Positions 60,499-64,000 of a stretch of DNA of 64,000 nt are shown one piece after another. Source of the DNA: Heterodontus francisci (Eukaryota); NCBI RefSeq assembly GCF_036365525.1, contig NC_090376.1, positions 83,520,686 to 83,584,685 on the forward strand. The letters run 5' to 3'. The translations under genes were made by a program, and so were the position numbers. The notes below the pieces were generated by a model that saw only the letters and a list, made by a program, of their open reading frames with translations, searched no databases and was not told the DNA's origin. The stretch's first letter is position 1; each line of letters starts with the position of its first letter.

Positions 60499-62002
60499 GA
60501 AATTATTTTCCATAATTCCTTAAATTCAGGAATGGTCCCTTCAGATTGGAAGTTGTCAAATGTTACACCACTTTTCAAGAAAGGAAGTAGAGAGAAAACA
60601 GGGAACTACAGGCCAGTTAGCCTGACATCAGTCATTGGGAAGATGCTGGAAACTATTATTAAAGAAGGCTTAACATTGCACTTGGAAAAGCATAGTATGA
60701 TTAGAACAAGTCAGCATGGTTTTACTAAAGGGAGATCCTGTTTGACAAATTTATTAGAGTTTTTTGAGAATGTTAACTAGTAGGGTAGATAAAGGGGAAC
60801 CAGTAGATGTAGTATACCTGGATTTCCAAAAGACATTCAATAAGCTGCCACATAAAAGATTAATAGGCAAGATAAAGGCTCATGGTGTTGGGGGTAATAT
60901 ATTAGCATGGATAGAGGATTGGTTAACAGTCAGGAAGCAGAAAGTGGGCATAAATGGAGCATTTTCAAGTTGACAGGCAGTGAATATTGGGGTGCTGCAT
61001 GGATCAGTGCTGGGGCCTCAGCTACTTACACTCCATATTAATGACGGATGAAGAGACAGAGAGTAATGTATCTAAGTTTGCTGATGATACAAAGCTCGGC
61101 GGAAAGGTAATCTGCGGGAGGACGTAGAGAGGCTACAAAGAGATACAGACAGGTTTAGTGAGTGGGCAACAAGATAGCAAATGGAGTATAATGTAGGAAA
61201 GTGTAAAGTTGTTCACTTTGGTTGTAAAAATGGAAAAACGGAATATTTTTTTAAAAGGTGTGAAACTGGTAAGTGTTGATGTTCAGAGAGACTTGGGGGT
61301 ACTCATACAAGGAATGCACAAAGTTAACATGCAGGTGCAGCAGGCTATTAGGAAGACAAATGGCATGTTGGCCTTTATTGCAAGGGGATTGCAGTACACG
61401 AATAAAGAAGTATTACCGAAACTGTACAGGGCGTTGGTGAGACCGGACCTGGAATACTGTGTGCAGTTTTGATCTCTACATTTAAGAAAGGATATACTTG
61501 CACTGGAGGCAATGCAGTGAAGATTTATTAAATTGGTCCCTGGGATGAGGGGGCTGTCCTATGATGAGAGGCTGAGTAAATTGGGCCTATATTCTCTGGA
61601 GTTTAGAAGAATGAGAGGCAATTTAATTGGGACATACAAGATTCTGAAAAGGCTTGATAGGGTAGAAGCTGAGAGATAGTTCCCACTGGTCAGGGCATCT
61701 AGAACACGGGGACATAGTTTCACTATAAGGGGCCAATCATTCAGGACTGAGATGAGGAGAAATTACTTCACTCAAAGGATTGTGAATCTTTGGAATTCTC
61801 TACCACAGAGGTTGTGGATGCTCCATCATTGAATTTAAGGCAGGGATAGATAGATTTTTGACCTCAAGGGGAATCAAGGGATGTGGGCAGCGGGCAAGAA
61901 AGTGGAATTGATGCCCAAGACAGGCCATTATCGTATTGAATGGTGGAGCAGGCTCGATGTGCCATATGGTCTACTTCTGCTCCTATTTCTTGTGTTCTTG
62001 TG
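60499..62002 (+). mobile_element. CR1 LINE RT and 3' end
   Basis: GMVPSDWKLSNVTPLFKKGSREKTGNYRPVSLTS, VYLDFQKTF, FADDTKL. Confidence 0.92.
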
Positions 62003-64000
62003 TCATCACGCAGATCATTGGGGTGCTTAATAAACACTTCCACTGTCTGGAACATTCTGCACAAGCCCTACACAGTGATGTCATGATTTGTTGTGGTCTT
62101 CTGTATCCTACACAAACTCATCATCATGAGGCGACAGTCCTTACCACCAGGTATACAATGAGCAGTTGAGGAGGAGGAGAAGGAGCAGGAGGACGAGAGG
62201 AGACAATCACCACATCTCATTTCCAGCCGGGCAGTCACGATTGGCTCCAAAGTACCGACTTTGGTACCAGCAAACGCAACCCCGATACTCCATTCAACAA
62301 CAATCCCACACCTTACATTCCCTCTGAAACTGACCATCAGAGCAACCTGTTGGCCGCAATGCTGAAATAAAAGCCACCAAAAAACAGACATTCCAAATCC
62401 ACTTTATCAATCAAACTATCCAATATTCCATACAAAAGTTAAATAATCACCCTTGTACATTCCCTTAGTGCCTATCTTCTGTGTACCATTACTGACCTAG
62501 TGTTCTTAAGCAGTGCTACCCAGTAGCTGCAGAATGGCTGGTAGAAGGCTGTTGACTTTCAGTGGGGGAGACTGCACGTCGCCTTGCAGGGCGATCTTGA
62601 GCAGCTCTGGCCCTAGAAGTTCTGCACCACCTTGGCACTGGCGGCGGCAGTTTGGGCTGGCTGGATGATAGGCAACAGCAAGTCCTAAGAGACGACTACA
62701 AGATCATGCTCCACAGAACCACTGCCACTCCCTTGGGCCAGAATCTCCACAAACCTAGCAATGAGGATAAATTGCTGGACTGCTGTGAGAATCTCTAAGT
62801 CGCTTTGCACTCTGGTTTCCAGAGTTATGATTGCAGAAGTCTGAGCATTTGTGGTAAAAACCTGAGCTTGCACGACTTCAGGCTGAGCTTTCACAGAAGC
62901 ACTTAGATGTTGGGTGGCTTCTGTTTATATGGCAGCTGAAGCTGAGACAGCAGCCATCATACGCTGCATCATGGCTCGGTCCAAAAGTGTACTAATGAAG
63001 TTGACGAACACTTCCACGCTGGAAAGGATGGGCTCCAAGCTCTGTGCAAGGTTGGTACTGGATTCTTCCATGCTCCTTGACAGTGACAGCAGGCTGTGGG
63101 GTAGGCCTGCCAACACACCCCATTTCTGTTTGCCTATCCATCAGCCTTTTTCTAAATGCCACATAAGTCTTTATCTGCAACCTCTGTAGCAGAGCTTGTG
63201 TGGAACCTCACTTCCGACAAGCAGGCACTGGCTACAGATCCTGCCTTTAGGTGCACGTAGTGTCAGTATCTGATCTGGTGGCTGTGGTTGTGAGAGCAAG
63301 TGTCGGTGTTTTATCATCATCACTGTCTTCCTACTGTTCCACTCTGGTACTTCCACCACTGCCTTGACCTGAAGGCAGTTCTCGGATATCTGAAAGGAGA
63401 AAAGCATATAGGGTTTCAGGGAGTTGTGGGTGGGGGTGATGAGTTGGGGGGGGAGCGGCGGGTGTTGAAACCAAACAGCTGTATAATCAGACCATCTGCA
63501 GCGGGAGTTTGTGGGATGAGGGGTAAGAGGGATGTGAGGAGGATTAAGTATGAGGATACCGTCACCTTCGATGTTTTTAGCCCCACCACTCATTACCGCC
63601 TCAGTCACGGCCATTCCAATGATGGAGAGCGCCGTCTCCTCCAACTGCGTGAGGACATGCTGTTGTGTCTGTCCCCTGCCAGCTAGGTGCTACTGCCTTC
63701 AGTGTGAGCCACCTTGCCCTGCAAGAGAGAGGGAAGTGTGTCAGTGAATGTGGTGCAATGTGTTTGGCTGATATTACTGTCATGGTTCAATAGCTGGTAG
63801 CATGTGCAAGCTGTGAAATGCAGGTGTGAGGCTTGCAGACGTGCTAAATGTGTGAAGGTGTGGTGAAGCTATGAATGTGGGGTGTGAGTCCTGGTTGATC
63901 GAGATTGCTGGAAGGTGAATTATGGGGGTATGGTACATTAAGCAGAGCATGAGGCTAGTGGTGCAGTTGGTAGGATATGGCATTTGAAGAACTGTTAACT

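Larger units (their letters stand above)
59030..64000. mobile_element. Degraded autonomous-type Harbinger: transposase (+, ~59550-62150) and convergent Myb-like gene (-, ~62400-64000)
   Basis: RTALPVAVKVTMTMNLFTSGSFQ, AGFPMVQDAIDCSH, NGFHS, YPGSSH, GWLLGDKG. Minus strand: EETALSIIG and LSRSMEESSTNLAQ. Confidence 0.8.

Noticed and set aside
59550-62150. Host HARBI1 gene
   Set aside because: Many stops and frameshifts plus nested insertions: a transposon relic.
54810-64000. NOX4 exon 8 (YDIFWYTHNLF-like)
   Set aside because: No matching sequence seen by eye; probably lies beyond the window.

Overview
Vertebrate, repeat-dense intronic DNA. The SINE/CR1/Penelope complement is typical of a shark or ray; the species cannot be fixed from sequence alone. 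The only host gene I can support is NADPH oxidase 4 (NOX4) on the minus strand: three exons (54602-54806, 40108-40272, 33334-33396) that match human exons 9-11 and have canonical AG/GT sites and consistent phases. Everything else is intron filled with nested elements: a full-length Tx1-clade LINE, Gypsy and Gmr1-like LTR elements and solo LTRs, CR1/L2/RTE fragments, HE1-like SINEs, Harbinger and hAT elements, and Penelope-like elements (PLEs). Main observations: (1) the full-length Tx1 element carries a U2 snRNA 5' fragment inside its 16-bp TSD, so it is a U2-headed LINE at a non-U2 site; (2) ~100-210-bp TSD-flanked PLE mini-insertions whose fold-back or truncation points fall at a minimal hammerhead-like motif, one of them 17 nt from the NOX4 exon-9 donor; (3) inverted ~0.8-kb LTRs bracketing exons 9-11; (4) a 76-bp perfect TSD around an RTE 3' stub; (5) a reconstructable tandem duplication of a hAT/Gypsy junction. 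All calls are by eye and no searches were run.
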